From the NCBI GenBank assembly GCA_002633005.1, contig NMRA01000010.1:1584982-1648981 (forward strand): a DNA stretch of 64,000 bases. The letters are read 5' to 3'. This DNA is from Phoronis australis (Eukaryota > Animalia > Phoronida). The position numbers were made by a program, and so were the translations under genes. The notes under the pieces are model-generated. The model saw only the letters and a list, made by a program, of their open reading frames with translations. It had not been told where the DNA came from and did no database searches. Position 1 is the stretch's first letter. Each line of letters starts with the position of its first letter. Positions 12,701-26,200 of this stretch are shown piece after piece.

Positions 12701-15700
12701 TGATATCGCCCGTACGTATGAATGCACTCAAGCACAACTGCAACAAATCGGTCGTCCGACCACGGAAATCCATGCAATCAAAAGACATACAAGGCGTGAG
12801 CTCTGCAAAACGTTACACAGATAGAAAACCCACACCCAGTGACACATGTGGAAACTGTGGAAAAGAGCGGCATAGATATCGCAGCCATTTTCCGGCTAAG
12901 GGACAAACCTTCCACCGATGTGGAAAGGTGGGACACTGTCTCGCTCATCAGGCAACCCGGTTACAAGGCCCAAGGCTTACCCACCACCCAACACTCAGCG
13001 ATTCCACGCTACTTCTCATGTACCCAACATTGACGAAAACTCTTTTGAAAACTTAGTCTTCGACTCTATCGGTCCTGATGCCAAACAAGAGGATTTTGCT
13101 AATATTAACATTTGGCACGAACAGCGTCAACAAGGTACCCTCAGAGGCAAGGTGGTTACTGGCGCTAGTGGTAACCTCCTCCCACTCAAAACCTACCGTC
13201 GCATGTTCCCAAACCACCCGACATCGAATGGCAAACCGTAACCCTGACATCACCGTCAACCTCTCGCCTATACTTATATGGTGGCTCACACATTACCAAT
13301 CTGGGAAAGCTCACATTAAAATGCCAATGGGTCCAGAGCAAATGGATGGATGTTGAGTTTATGGTTATAGATGCTGATGGGGTTGTCCTGTTTGGCCGCA
13401 CGATGTGCAACCTCCTGGGTCTTGTGACAATCCACTGTTCAATTGAACAATCAGTCTCCAGGCAACCTAACACTCAAGTCAGCTCAACTGTAGACCTCCT
13501 CGCCTCATTCCCAGACCAACTTAAAGGCATCGGAAAATTCCCAGGGGTCAAGACGCTGACACTAAAAAAGGACCAAGAGCCCGGTTCGTCACGCCCCAAG
13601 AAAAGCACCGATCCACCTACGTGATAAGATTCGGACTGAGCTCAAAGGCATGCAAGACCTCGGTGTGATTCGGCCAGTCGACATTCCTACAGACTGGGTT
13701 CCAGTGCCATATATGTCGAAAAGAAGAGCGGAGACCTGAGAATCTGCCTCGACCCTCGGGATCTCAACCGCGCCCTAAAACGTGGACAGCTCCACACGCC
13801 TACTGTTGAAGAAGTCACCCATTTCTTCAACGGCGCGACCGTTTTCAGTAAGCTCGATCTCAAGTCTGGTTACTGGGCTATACAGCTCGACGAACCCAAC
13901 CAATATCTTACCACGTTCAACACGCCCTTCGGCAGATACTGTTACTGTCGCCTGCCCATGGGCATTGTGGTTTCCCAAGACGTTTTTCAGAAGGCGATGG
14001 ATGACAACCTACAGGGGCTACCCGGTGTCATATCCATTGCTGATGATATCACAGTTTTTGGCAAGGATAAACACGAGCGTGACCTTAACCTTCTATGCCT
14101 CATGAATAGAGCCAAAGAGAAGGCATGGTCTTCAACAAGGACAAATGCATCATCGGCGCACACGAAATAGAATTCTTTGGGCAAATCTATGACCACACAG
14201 GAGTACGCCCCAACCCATCAAAGATACATGCAATATACGACATACAGGCACCATCCAACGCGCAGGAGCATCGATCTTTCCTTGGCATGATTACATACAT
14301 ATCTCCATTTATACCAAATCTCAGTGAAACCTCTGCCCCTCTAGGAGCTCTACTGCGAAAAGACTCTGATTTCCAATGGCAACATGAACAGCAGACCGCA
14401 TTTGACAATCTCAAGAAAACCATCAATGAAGCAAGCTATCTAAACTATTTTGACCCAAAGATCCCAGCAGTCGTGCAGGTCGACGCATCTCAGTCCGCCC
14501 TAGGCACGGCATTGACACAAAATGGTCGACCCATCGCCTTTGCCTCTAAGATGCTCACAGACGCAGAGAGTCGTTACGCTAACATCGAGCGAGAACTATA
14601 TACTCGCATTTGTTTTCGGCGCAGAACGTTTCCATACATTCCTTTTTGGCCAACCATTCCTTATAGAAAGTGACCACAAGCCACTGGAAATGATTGTGGC
14701 CAAGCCCCTGCACAAAGCGCCTGCCAGACTGCAGCACATGCTTTTGCGTTTACAAAAATATGACTATCAGATCAAATACAAGCCAGGACCCGAGATGGCC
14801 CTTGCCGACGGATTGTCGCGAGTCTTTACTGCCAATACCCACAAGGAAATTCCACTTGAACTCAGTGTGAACTTTGTACAGTTTTCCACCGAACGGTTAC
14901 AAGAACTAAACAGAAACCACATTAAGCCTGCTGCAGATTCCATGTTGCTCAAAAGAGCTCAACCATTCAATCAAATTTTTGCAAATTTGACGTCCTGAAA
15001 TCAAAACACCGATTCCTCAGTCACTGCACTACAACTATGCTACAAAAAGCCATCATTATGAAGAAAAGCAAAATATGCAGGGGAACTAGTGGACTTTTCT
15101 CAAGATGCACATCATGTTCACAGGGACAAGTGAAACATACTTACTTGAACCCCCCCCCCGCCCAAACTGACGGAAGTTTGGTCTTGTGGTTTGTGGCTGA
15201 ACTGTGTGAGAAGTTTTACACAAATGAGCAAGGTACACACTAGCTACTCGTTGGGTCAAAAGAGTGGTAATATGGTGTCCATCGGATCTTCTGCCAACAT
15301 AGCTTTAATTTTCCCTTATGCCAATGTGGAACTAACTGATTGTTTCTCTGAACAATTAAGAGACTGACAGTATGTAAAAACAGCTTTTCCTATTGTACAT
15401 GTATGTACATGTATTGTTATTACATTTAACAGGAGGTAGTGATGAAATTCCATCCTCTTGGGATCCAATGACCAGCAACCTCTTGCTTGTTGATTTGCCC
15501 CCAACTTCTGCAGAATTCCTCAAAGTTTCTGGGGAATTCACCCAAACCCAGCCATCTACTATAATTAAGGTAAGTTGACCATTCGAAAGTTCACAACAAC
15601 AAATGCGAGAATCATCTTCCAATGGTCCTAGGTCTGGAGATTTGAGGTGAAAATAACGGCCCCAGAAACAGTGATCTTACACATTGAGCTCGAGTGACAA

Positions 15701-18700
15701 AAATGTGACTGCTTTTCAGTTTTCAACATTTTATGTCGATTAATGGTTTCTCTGACTTGCAGACATGTCTCAACTCCTACTTTGAGCATTAGTCCCGATT
15801 CAAAGGAGAGGTTATTGTTGAGATTACTTCGGTGGGTAACCACTGAGTGCCACAAGCACCAACGACTCTACATTTACCTCTGACTCTTTTAAGTCATCAA
15901 GCAGGGTTCTTAGCTTAGGGTTCCATACTTGCAAGACTTGATAGGAATAGATTGCGTCATTTTGCAGTTGCGTGTTTTATTTATGAAAATACAATAATAT
16001 TTAACTATTGAAACAACCACGCACACTCACACACTCACACACGCACACATTCATACTTCAAGGTGAACATGATTTGAATTTTTTACTATTACTTCAAATG
16101 GTTGCTTAGCGTTTCCCAAGACAGTATAGAGGGGTTCCACATTTCTCAAAAGGAAACTATTTCTGATTGCACTATAGTTACAAAGAGAATATTTAAATCC
16201 TGTGTAGGTGAGTGTAGTTTGGTCCATAGGATACTAAGTAAAGTATTGACTCATGGCCTATCTGTTAGGAATGGATTGCAGCTGGTGGTTATAGTCTTTT
16301 GAGCAGATTTTTTCTTGTTTTCTTTATGAAATTCAAGCATTCACTAAAGTGGAATCAGGTGGTTTCAATGTAATATTATGAGAGTTACATGAATGCTCTC
16401 TTATACAGGACTCTTTGTTGAAATTTTACGTACATGAACGGGTCTTAAAGTGGCGAATTAAAGCAATATTGAACGTGAGCTTTCTGTCAAAAAGGTTTTG
16501 AATACAGCCACATGCTGTAATAAAATTGTTCTCACGCTTACGCTTATGTAGTAAACGCTTCTCCTTACTTTGTTTAGAAGTGATATCAGGGTTTGGGAAG
16601 ATCTGACAGAAATTGTAAGCTATCAGTTCTACCCTGGCCCGCTCATCATTACGCGTTGGAGACCTTTTTATTGCGCTTGCTGATTTTATGACCGAAAGCA
16701 TGGGTGGATTTATTGCCACTTTAAACTAGAGCTGTATCATAGCGGAAGATGAAGGGTCACCAAATGATTGCAAGGATCTTGTCAGTAAGGCTATTAAAAC
16801 TTAATAGGGTGTGCCAAATTGTTTAAGAAACTGTTCACAAGTACCAGAAAATGAAGCTTCTGAGCACTACAAGAAAAAATCCAAGAGACAGATGTTGAAT
16901 CCCCACTGTGCAACCTTTTTCTTATAGCCTTCACATTCTCCAAAGAATGAGCACTTCGCATACAACTGCTGTGTCTACTGTTGAAATCAAACAGAATATC
17001 GAAGTCAGTGCAGGCAACAGAAACAGTTATTTAATTGTTCTATGCCTTTGCACACCATCTTTCTCGATATCAGCGCTGTGTTTTGTGCTTAAGTTGAATT
17101 AATTTTGTTTACATTATATGGGTCCACTGGTTGTGGATTTCGTAGCTTTTTTTGCTTAAAAGCATTGCAAAACAAACACTGGGATTCCTAGGATAAGAAA
17201 AATGTCATCAGCTGGTAGTCGTATATTTTTTTCTAGCACTTTTAGTTCAGTATGTTTGTTGTCCACTGATCTTGGAAGGGAAGATGTTGCCTTCTCAATA
17301 TACGACCCAATAACATGCAAATCTTTTTTTTGTTCCTGCAATAGAATTAATTTTGTAGTTTTATGGTTTCTGAGTGTTCATTTGAAGGTTAATTGTCTAG
17401 ATTTTCCTTTAACAAAATGAACAAAATTGATTTATTTGTGTCCCTGAGAAATCCATTTGGAAAATTGAAATGTTATTGGGTAGATTACTCTGAAGAAAAT
17501 TAACCTCATCTGTTGAGTATTATCCAAAGCTACGGCTAAAGATAACAGTTGTAATACTAGTACATTCCTGTACACTGCAGTCCTATATCCACTAAAGTTA
17601 ACAGTAAGACTAGTACATTCCTGTACACTACAGTCCTGTATCCACTAAAGATAACAATAATACTATGACCTTCCTGTACACTACAGTACTGTATCCACTA
17701 ACGATAACAGTAATACTAGTACATTCCTGTACACTACAGTCCTGTATCCACTAAAGATAACAGTAATACTAGTACATTCCTGTACACTACAATCCTCTAT
17801 CCACTAAAGATAACTGTAATGCTATGACATTCCTGTACACTACAGTTCTATATCCACTAAAGATAACAGTAATACTAGTACATTCCTGTACACTACAATC
17901 CTCTATCCACTAAAGATAACTGTAATGCTATGACATTCCTGTACACTACAGTTCTGTATCCACTAAAGATAACAGTAATACTAATACATTCCTGTACACT
18001 ACAGTCCTGTATCCACTAAAGATAACAGTAATACTAATACATTCCTGTACATTACAGTCCTGTGTCCACTAAAGATAACTGTAATACTATGACATTTCCT
18101 GTACACTGCAGTCCTGTATCCCCTAAAGATAATTGTAATACTAGTACATTCCTGTACATTACAGTCCTGTATCCACTAAACATAACAGTAATGCTAGTAC
18201 ATTCCTGTACACTACAGTTCTGTATCCACTAAAGATAACAGTAATAGTAAGACTTTCTTGTAAACTGCAGTCCTGTATCCAATAACGATTACTGTAATGT
18301 AGGACCTTCCTGTACATTACTGTATCCACTGATGGGTATCTCACCAGAAAGTAAAGATAGACTACAGAGGAAGTTTCGTCGTATCATTTGAGTAAAATAA
18401 ATTTTGATTTTACTAGTCTGTGTTCAAATTGTTTATATGATGTTCGTAATTAATACTGTAACTTTTTAATTGTGTACTGAATGTCTCTGAATTATCGCTT
18501 ATTAAAGAATAGTTGTGACTCATGAAATCGTCTGTTCTTGCAGATTCAGCGCATTCAGAATAAGCGACTGTGGAAAACCTATGTCAACCACAAACAGCAC
18601 ATGGACTCTACAAATCCACAGGGAACACAAAATGAGAGGGTGCTATACCATGGGACCAGTGCCGACACTGTTGATAAGATCAATGATCGAGGGTTCAACA

Positions 18701-19548
18701 GGAGCTTTTGTGGAAAGAACGGTAATTTCCTTTTACATGTCTTCTTAAAGTAGTATGCCGCGTCATCTTGGAAGACCACAAAATTAATTCTTAACTTAAT
18801 ATAGAACGCAACAATTTTGTGATGTAACATTTGGGCTTGTGGTCCAATGTTTGCACTCGAGCTTGAACTCAGATTCTTTTTAATGTTTCCCGTTCTCTTA
18901 TAGTGCGGGGTGCATTATTATGCACTCGATGACCCCAGAATTAAAGTTATCAGTTTGAACCTGAACGTGAGTTTTGATTTTTTTCTGGAAATCTCGAGTT
19001 TGTAGCTTGAACCTAGGAGACATCAAGTGCGAACTAGAATTCGATGGTCGTCCAACAAACTATGGTGCACTCTAGCACAGAGTAACTGACACATATTATG
19101 TGCTCTCACGAAAATATTATAGAATGAAAAGTGTCAAAAACTAATTTCGAGGTTGATTTTGAAGACAAAAATTATGGACCTCAGGTCCTGATCTTTGAAA
19201 TCCTCAAAAAAACTACACCTGAAAGTGTCGTCCTGCAATTCCCTCATAACTTCTTTATAATTATTTTCAGCCATTGTGTACGGATCCGGGGTATATTTCG
19301 CAGTGCACGCAAACTATTCAGCTCGCAATCCATATGCCCAACCCGACGCCAGTGGACAGCGACATGTGTACCAATGTAAAGTGCTTACTGGCGAATTTAC
19401 CGTGGGAAATAGTAGCATGAAAGAGCCTCCTGCTAAGAATGGAACTGACCTTTACGACTCGACGTGTGACAATCCAGCAAGCCCTGGTATTTTTGTTGTA
19501 TTTCATGACAATGCCGCGTACCCTGAATATCTCATTGTCTTTATGTAG
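753..19548 (+). CDS. PARP14: PARP14-like macrodomain mono-ADP-ribosyltransferase, 5' end lies upstream of the window (about 1548 aa encoded here)
   Basis: Exons with AG/GT ends in consistent phase: 753-2465, 2660-3127, 3239-3357, 3758-3985, 4445-4663, 6854-6962, 7434-7586, 8514-8582, 9162-9329, 9695-9880, 10708-10931, 11106-11325, 11552-11731, 15433-15569, 18544-18721, 19271-19548(TAG). Motifs: macro1 QGDLT..IVNAAN..GGLAGAI..AIPAVGAGVF; macro2 LVNTVG..GAVS..FPAIGTGNLGYP; macro3 QGDIT..IVNPTN..MPAVGT; WWE (VQW..WEPY..IEQAF..IDFDKMEE); ART domain LYHGT..GFNRSFCGKN..YGSGVYFA..GIFVVFHDNAAYPEYLI. Orthology within the PARP9/14/15 group is inferred from the three-macro + WWE layout. Confidence 0.9.
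5886..6102. other. Assembly gap (217 N) inside a PARP14 intron
   Basis: Run of N. The flanking exons (end 4663, start 6854) join in phase 0, so no exon is required in the gap. Confidence 0.99.
6378..6445 (+). repeat. tRNA-derived SINE-like head (Pol III A/B boxes), degenerate
   Basis: A-box-like TGGTGTAGTGGTAA and B-box-like GAGTTCGAGTC, with no intact acceptor stem. Confidence 0.45.
11889..12005 (+). repeat. 5' LTR (117 bp) of the gypsy element
   Basis: TG...CA ends with an 8/9 terminal inverted repeat; PBS starts at 12006. Confidence 0.7.
11889..14920 (+). mobile_element. Ty3/gypsy LTR retrotransposon (Mag-like), frameshifted and 3'-truncated, in a PARP14 intron
   Basis: The 5' LTR at 11889-12005 (TGTTCTGTT...AACATAACA) is followed directly by a PBS, TGGTGGCAGTGG (tRNA-Leu-like). 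Gag starts at ~12165 (ESIDDFFTRLRLLAEKCNF; knuckles CGNCGKERH..RCGKVGH). Then a protease remnant KVVTGASGNLL, RT (PMGIVVSQDVFQ..IADDI) and RNase H (VQVDASQ..YANIERE..ESDHKPL), spread over several frames. No integrase or 3' LTR is seen. Confidence 0.9.
16050..17430 (-). mobile_element. Possible highly decayed non-LTR retrotransposon fragment
   Basis: The minus strand is A-rich and gives broken peptide pieces loosely resembling an APE endonuclease region (HVIGSYI..FLILG). No diagnostic motif is intact. Confidence 0.25.
17537..18332. repeat. 53-bp minisatellite, ~15 copies
   Basis: The unit GATAACAGTAATACTAGTACATTCCTGTACACTACAGTCCTGTATCCACTAAA repeats head to tail (e.g. starts at 17703 and 17756) and degrades at both ends. 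Confidence 0.95.
18835..19190. mobile_element. Copy of a dispersed MITE-like family (CTCGAAA/AACTTGA-rich)
   Basis: Shares ACTCGAG/AATTTCGAG/TGCACT motifs with the copies at 26066-26406, 46921-47322 and 63628-64000. Confidence 0.4.
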
Positions 19549-22469
19549 CCACATAATTACAAAAATGTGAGTTGATTTTGGAACCCAGTTTCTTTTTAGA
19601 AAAGTTGCTCTCTGATTAGGTGTTATTTTTGGCAATATGAACCTCGTGAACTCAAGGTAGATAGCTAGATATTGAGCCATTCCATAACAAATTACAATTA
19701 TACTACTAAGTTGACTTTACAATGAAGACTGGGAGACTAACAAAAAGGTTTTGGGAGGCGCTTGTATGAAAGGCACCTATGAGACTAGTTACATTACTTG
19801 TACAAAAGAGCAGTACTTCTAAAACGAAAATAGAGAAGGGGAACAAAGAGGAAAACATTGCAAAAATACAAAGAAGAGAGCATTGTTTTTACCAAAACCC
19901 ATCTTTGAAACTAAACCAATTACTTAAAACAACACTATCTACTAAAACTAAGACAGATAATAAAAAATGAATAGAATACTAAGAGAGCATTGTAGAGTCT
20001 AACTTGTTTGTAGTATTAGGTATTTTTAGACTGCTATATTGCTTTCAATTGTGTGTTTAATGATTTGTTCCTTGTAGTGCAATAGTGCAATATATACTTG
20101 TCCGACATCCAGTGTCAGAGACCTGGTAACTACTCTCACCATGACAAGCCTTCAGAAAGTACAGGCATGTTTGCGCTTCTTGAACTTGTATGTGGAGATC
20201 CCTAAACTAATGGAGTAGAAATGTAACAAGCAGTCAGCAAGTCAAAGTGTTTCTGTTGCCATTTAAAGTTGTTCTGATTTATCCTAATAATCGTTCACCA
20301 TTTTACAAAAATGAAAGACTCAAGTGTAAATTGTGTTGAACTTTCTTGCTAAAAAACATGGTGAGGTTTATTGTCTAGAAAGTTTAGGCTTAAAACTTGT
20401 AAATTAGGCCCGAGTGGTATGCACTCTTTCTGACCAGGTAGTAGATCACAAACCTAAAGCTGCATTTTGACTGGTCTAGCTGACTAAAATTAAAAATCGA
20501 ATTACGCCTTTTACCTTGAATTGGTAAACTTGGTCTCGTAATATTCTCTCCCCCCCCTTCCTTCCCCCCACTCTGTGTATTTGTGGGTGTGTGAGTGTGT
20601 GTGTTTCAATGCAATTCATAATATATCTAAAGTGACTGGTCTATTAAATGTTGTTTGCCTGATCTCGTCTGAATTTCAAGAGTATGGAGTGTGACATACT
20701 TCTTGAAATGGCACTCTGCGTTGCATCAAAAGTTAAAACTAAGTTCTAACTGGAATATAACGAGTTAGTCACGAACCGAGTTTGTCTGCACAAAAATTCG
20801 CAAAAACTCCACTTGAGTCAAAGTCATGTAAACTTATGCACAAAATCTTGCCTCACTAAAAATTTTGAGATTTCACTGTTGTGCAAAAGTGACAAGAGAG
20901 AGAAAGAGAGATACAATAACCAATATCAGTCAAAACTTTATTGATATTTAGTAAGACTGTTATTCTAATAATCAACTTCATACGTGAGAGCGGAAGGCAT
21001 TTAAGTGAAGATATAGTTAGGCGACTGCTTCAGCCAGCTAAGCAAGCTCGAAAGTCGATAACAAGGGTTTTTCGTAAGGATCACGGGATGCCATTTCAAC
21101 ATGTTCTTGAATAAGATTGCGACACAGGTAAAAGACTGAAAAATGCTTTAATTTACGGAGTGTATCAACGTGAGAATGAATTTTAATTGTAAGGTTAGAA
21201 TAATAAATCTCTACGTGTTCAATGAAACTTGGATGTTTTTATTGCAGTGAAAAAACTGTGCTGGGGGTGGCCCAAGACATGTACCCAACAACACTGCCTC
21301 AGTAAAGAAGTCCATGTGCATTGTGTACTCATTTGGACTTTTTAGGATCCATGCACCTACGTGTATGTAACCAAAAAAATGCATTTCCAAAAAAAATGTT
21401 CATTTGTTTCACACAATAGTCAGGTGCACCTCAGCCTCATTTAATGGCTAAGGCAGCAATTCACAACTCCTCAAATGGGATATATTTTGCGCATCTTTTG
21501 TCGATTATTTTGAACTGAATACTCTGTTGCTTTCTTTGTGATAACTCGGCCTGTTTTTAAAAGCTTGCTCGTATGTTTGTGCTCATCCCAGGGGCATCAC
21601 TCACATGAGCAGTTTTTTATGGCCAGTTTGTGAACGTGAGAGGGAGATTTTTGCCAAAAACTGCGAACGGAAAGGTGTATTTTCCTTTGATTTTCTACAA
21701 AAGGGTTATTTTATTGGGACTTTGAAACTCTACAAAAGGATTTGTTTTCTCGCTTTAAAAAATTTCAAAGCAGTTTTAATGTTTTCTACATCTTAAGAAA
21801 GCTCAATTTCAACACCATGGTATGTCTTCTTGTAGCCTTTCAAGGTTATCAGACACCTCTCCAAGAATACCCACAGTTAGGTTTGGTAGTGTTTTTGTAG
21901 AAAATCCCTAGTACGAAAGGGTGACTATTTGTGGGAGTTCCCTGCAAATGGCTCTCTGTTTGAGTCAACGAGTAACCCTGATTTGACTCAATGGACACTT
22001 GTTTCAATGGCTTAGTGATTCAGCTCTATAATCCACATGGGTCCGAGCACAACTTATAGTTGCTTTTGGGGATGCTTGGAGCTTTAAAGGGTGCTTAACT
22101 GTCTGAGCTAGTGAGGAGCTCCTTGTTGCGTTCAGCGCCACGTAAGTCACGGCTGCTATCTATCTCAAAAATTTGCCACAAAACTTCTATCTTTATATTT
22201 TAACATGGGGTGCCTGAAAAAAATGACTGGTCTTGATTTTCTACGACTGGGTTTTTGGTCTACACGTAAATGGGTTTAGCTAATTTTTTCTGAACTTGGA
22301 AAACTGCACTTTTGAAGAAAAAACACTATCACGTGACTACAAAAAGTAAGCACGATTTTTGTGCACACTGAAGGTTTCAGTAATCAGTATCTGAAAATAT
22401 ATGGTTTCAAGGGTTGATGATTTGTATATTAAAGGATGTTTCAAGAAGAGTGACCCTTGGTAGCGAAGG

Positions 22470-22700
22470 TATCCAATTACCCCATACCTAAATTTCATGA
22501 AATCCATTGGTGAGCTCCGAAAATACAGTGGCAAACAGAGGAGACCAAAAATTACCAGGACGCACTGCGAAAATCCGATCCATCCACAACCAACAGCACA
22601 CACAAAATTTCATAAAGGTCCAGCATATATAGTTACGATCACGGACACACTAATAACTGAATTCCCACCACGGGGCACCAGTGACTGGACCTCCAAAAAT
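22470..22700. repeat. Fragment related (opposite strand) to the 48.2-50.4 kb repeat family
   Basis: CCTAAATTTCATGAAATCCATTGG and ACAAAATTTCATAAAGG are reverse complements of the CAATGGATTTTCATAAAATTTGGC motif at ~48575. Confidence 0.4.
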
Positions 22701-23283
22701 CAACGTCGGTCATTGTCCTGTCTGCAGGAACGTAATACACAAATCCATGCAGCCCCTTCTATAGATAGTGAATGGGAAGCCAAACATGGACTCGAAAATA
22801 TTTGTAAAGATGGCCAAGAAATAGCACAGAACACGTCAAATGCATCCAAAGTCACATGGCATATTGAAAATATGTCAAGGGACTCTAAAGATGCATAAGG
22901 CAAACATAAACAGTGTAATTGCCACTAAAAACTCATCATCAGTCGTCAGCTTCACAGGAATACATCTGTTGAATTTCATTAAGGCCATGCTTAGAAGATA
23001 CAGCAAGACACGCCAGATGCTCAGAGAGATATGATGGCAATATGCCCTCGCGTATATGCGGGGGCGGAAAACGAACACTAGGCAATTGAAATATGTCTCA
23101 GCCAATCTGAGGCTGTCTTGCATGGCAGAATTTGAAATTGAAACAACACTATTAATTGTACGTTACATGTTTGCTATTACAATCCTTAAGGTACCCGCAG
23201 CAGTACAGATATCTTCAATCCTCAGCACCATACGTCCTAAATTCATTTCCATTACCTAAGCAGTATTGAAGTTCAGTGTCAAT

Positions 23284-26200
23284 TCAGACAACATTTTCTG
23301 GCATGACTGACACTAGAAGTCTCTGATGTGCCCGCAACACAGTCACTGTCAATTTTTCGCTGGACTCCGTAGCATTGTACACGTCATTGGCTGATGTAAC
23401 TTGGCTTCCATTTATATCAACAATGACATCGCCTGGTCGGATTCCGGCACTAGAAGAATAGAAAGCAGATGAACGCTTTTAAGTGCAAATTACAGACAAT
23501 TCGATGCCACTTTAGTTCAAAAATCAGTTGGACTCATTTACACCAATCTCTAGCCTTATTCTTGCATCAGAGATGGCACTTAAGTCGGTCACATGGAACA
23601 AGCTTCATTGGAAATGAAAGCCTCGTTACCAAATTCAATATACATGATAATTATTAGATTAGAAGCTGGTGTACATAGATTTATAATAGAATTTTTAAAT
23701 GGATGAACGGCATACTGTTAGCTTGAAGCACGTTTAGGAAATCAATACAACAGTCACATAAGACAAACACCACAAAGGTGATCATTCAATCAATGCTGTG
23801 CAAACTCTGTAGGCAGTACAATTCAAATTTCCATCATAACAACACCGTATTAGAGAAATTGCCCATGCTTAAAGTGAGTGAGCAAAACAAGCTGCAAACG
23901 AACGATAGTTTCCTGAAATTCATAGAACTACCAACAAATCAAACAAATGTCTGTGGGGTGTTTTTTAAGAGTTGCGTGATAATTCATCTGGGGCACTACT
24001 CATTCAACAGATGTCTTTACATTCATCTGTTCAGAAGCAGTGTGTGCTAACCAGATTCACAAAGCAGACACATCAATTGACATCACCTCTATTGATTTTT
24101 CCACAAGGCATGTTAGCATGAAATGGTAAAAACTGCATTTCGTACCATCCATTTTACTCTCATAAAATCCAAAATTATTCCTTATCCTGAGAGGGTTCTA
24201 TTTCCATTATCAACAAGGACACGAAAACCATCTGCGAATCAAGACAATGCTTACGAGTATATTATAGTTGGTCAAACCTAAGACTGACATTAGTAAAATG
24301 GTGCATGGACGCATTGCCTGTGACTCGAGATGGTAACGGAAATAGAATACTATCACAGTAAGGAGTATTATGAGACTCATTTTATGATAGGAAATCACTT
24401 AATTCGATTTTCATTTTTGCAAGAAAACAGGTGCCGACAAAAAGATTCAAATGGTACAGTGATGCAAGCAAATTCATTAATAACAGACGCTTATCAAATT
24501 ATAAGAACTGTCATTGTCTCTGGCTACAATAAATTAGTAATTTAAGTAGTAATCGTCTGACATAAAGTGCCCGCATTTTGAGAACCAGTTTTCTCCACTC
24601 GATAACATGCATCAACTGGTTATCAAAATGTGGGCCCATTACATCCAACTATTGCCAAGAAAAATGAGTCAATACTTAAACCGGACGTTTTGTTTTCAAC
24701 TCCGCATACATCTAACTATGGTGTTCTAACACTCCCATGCCAAACTGGGAGCATCAGAACAAAATTCAGACATAAATCTTAAATCATTTCCATAAAGAAG
24801 ACCCCTGGTCAACAGTTGACTTCCAAGTCTCTTACTTATAGGCAGGTGATCCTATGACCACTTTATGCACAAACACGCCTTCTTGAACATCCGGGAAGTC
24901 CACCAGTCTCTGCTGTAGCTCCATAGCTATTGGTGGGGTCAGCGTTAACATTGTGATACCCATGTAGCGCCGCACTGGGGAGATGTCCTGGCCAGACGGT
25001 TTACTGCCAAACCAGCCACCCTGTTTGGCTTCAACTGAAATTCAATGAGTTGCGACAGAAGAGTGGTTTGATGCACATCAAGAAATGCACTTCAAGGTTT
25101 ACACACTAAACAAGTAAAAAGAAATTAACTCCATTGGACTCCATATATTTTCTATGCATGTTGTTATTTACGGACTTTAGTGAAAGCACAATAATGCAGT
25201 CTTTCAGGAACACTGCTTCCCAAACTGTGCATTAAACCTTGGAAACATACCACTGAAGCCACATACCGACATGATTTGTTCAAAATCATACTGACTATCT
25301 TCTAGGTCAAGCCAAGTTGATAGCGATGATTCTAAGTACAATCGGTGTACCATGACATAATCAAACAAAAATAAAGAGTTTTTATTTGAAACCTATTTAA
25401 TGACTTCCACATTTTTAGTACATGAATTTTACACATTGAAGCAAACTGGCATGTTGACGTCGAGAACTAAAAACAGCGCATGCTTTCAGTTTTCACTACA
25501 ATTGCCAATTTCAGAACACACGACAACTGAGGCTATGATTTGCTGTTCAATAACTTCAAAGCAACCACTTTCTTAATGTTTGGCCGATTTGCTTTTCTTC
25601 GGCTAGTAAGATCGTCTGTTCGAGAGAGAAATACGAGCAAACATTATGCGCCATCTTTATTATTGTCATTGTTACTATTACCACTACTGATACCATTATC
25701 ATTATCATCAGCATGATTTCGCCAAAATTGTCTCAACGAATACACCACAGACTTGAAAACTTTCATAAGTCAAAGTTCACCTCGTTTTTGAAACTCCTCG
25801 GCTTTTCTCAAGAACTCTTTGGCGTAGTTAGACGGGATGGCGAAGGAGATACCGGTAGTCACTTTCATAGTGTTGATTCCCACCACTTCACCATCCTACA
25901 CGGAACAAAATCATCAATTCACACAGTATAACGACAACAGGTTGTAGAAGGTACATTGTGGAGTTAGAAGTCCATCGCAGTTGTCATCGTTGAATCATTA
26001 ATTCGACCATCTCATACAAACAGATGGTTCACAATGATGCCAACGATGGCATTTTGTTCCACGTGGAACCAGTTTCTAGTCTTAATACCCAGAATCAAAC
26101 CACAGCATCTTTTATTCTGAACTTGAGTACATCATGGTTTAAGGTATATGGCTGCTTAATCCCAGTTTGCACTAAACGTATCCTGCATTAAAATTTAAGT

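Noticed and set aside
17537-18332. CRISPR-like regular array
   Set aside because: The units are contiguous 53-bp near-identical repeats with no unique spacers and no cas genes, in a eukaryotic intron.
22497-22898. 133-aa ORF between PARP14 and HTRA2
   Set aside because: It has no recognisable domain and overlaps a fragment of the repeat family seen at 48-50 kb; probably a chance ORF.
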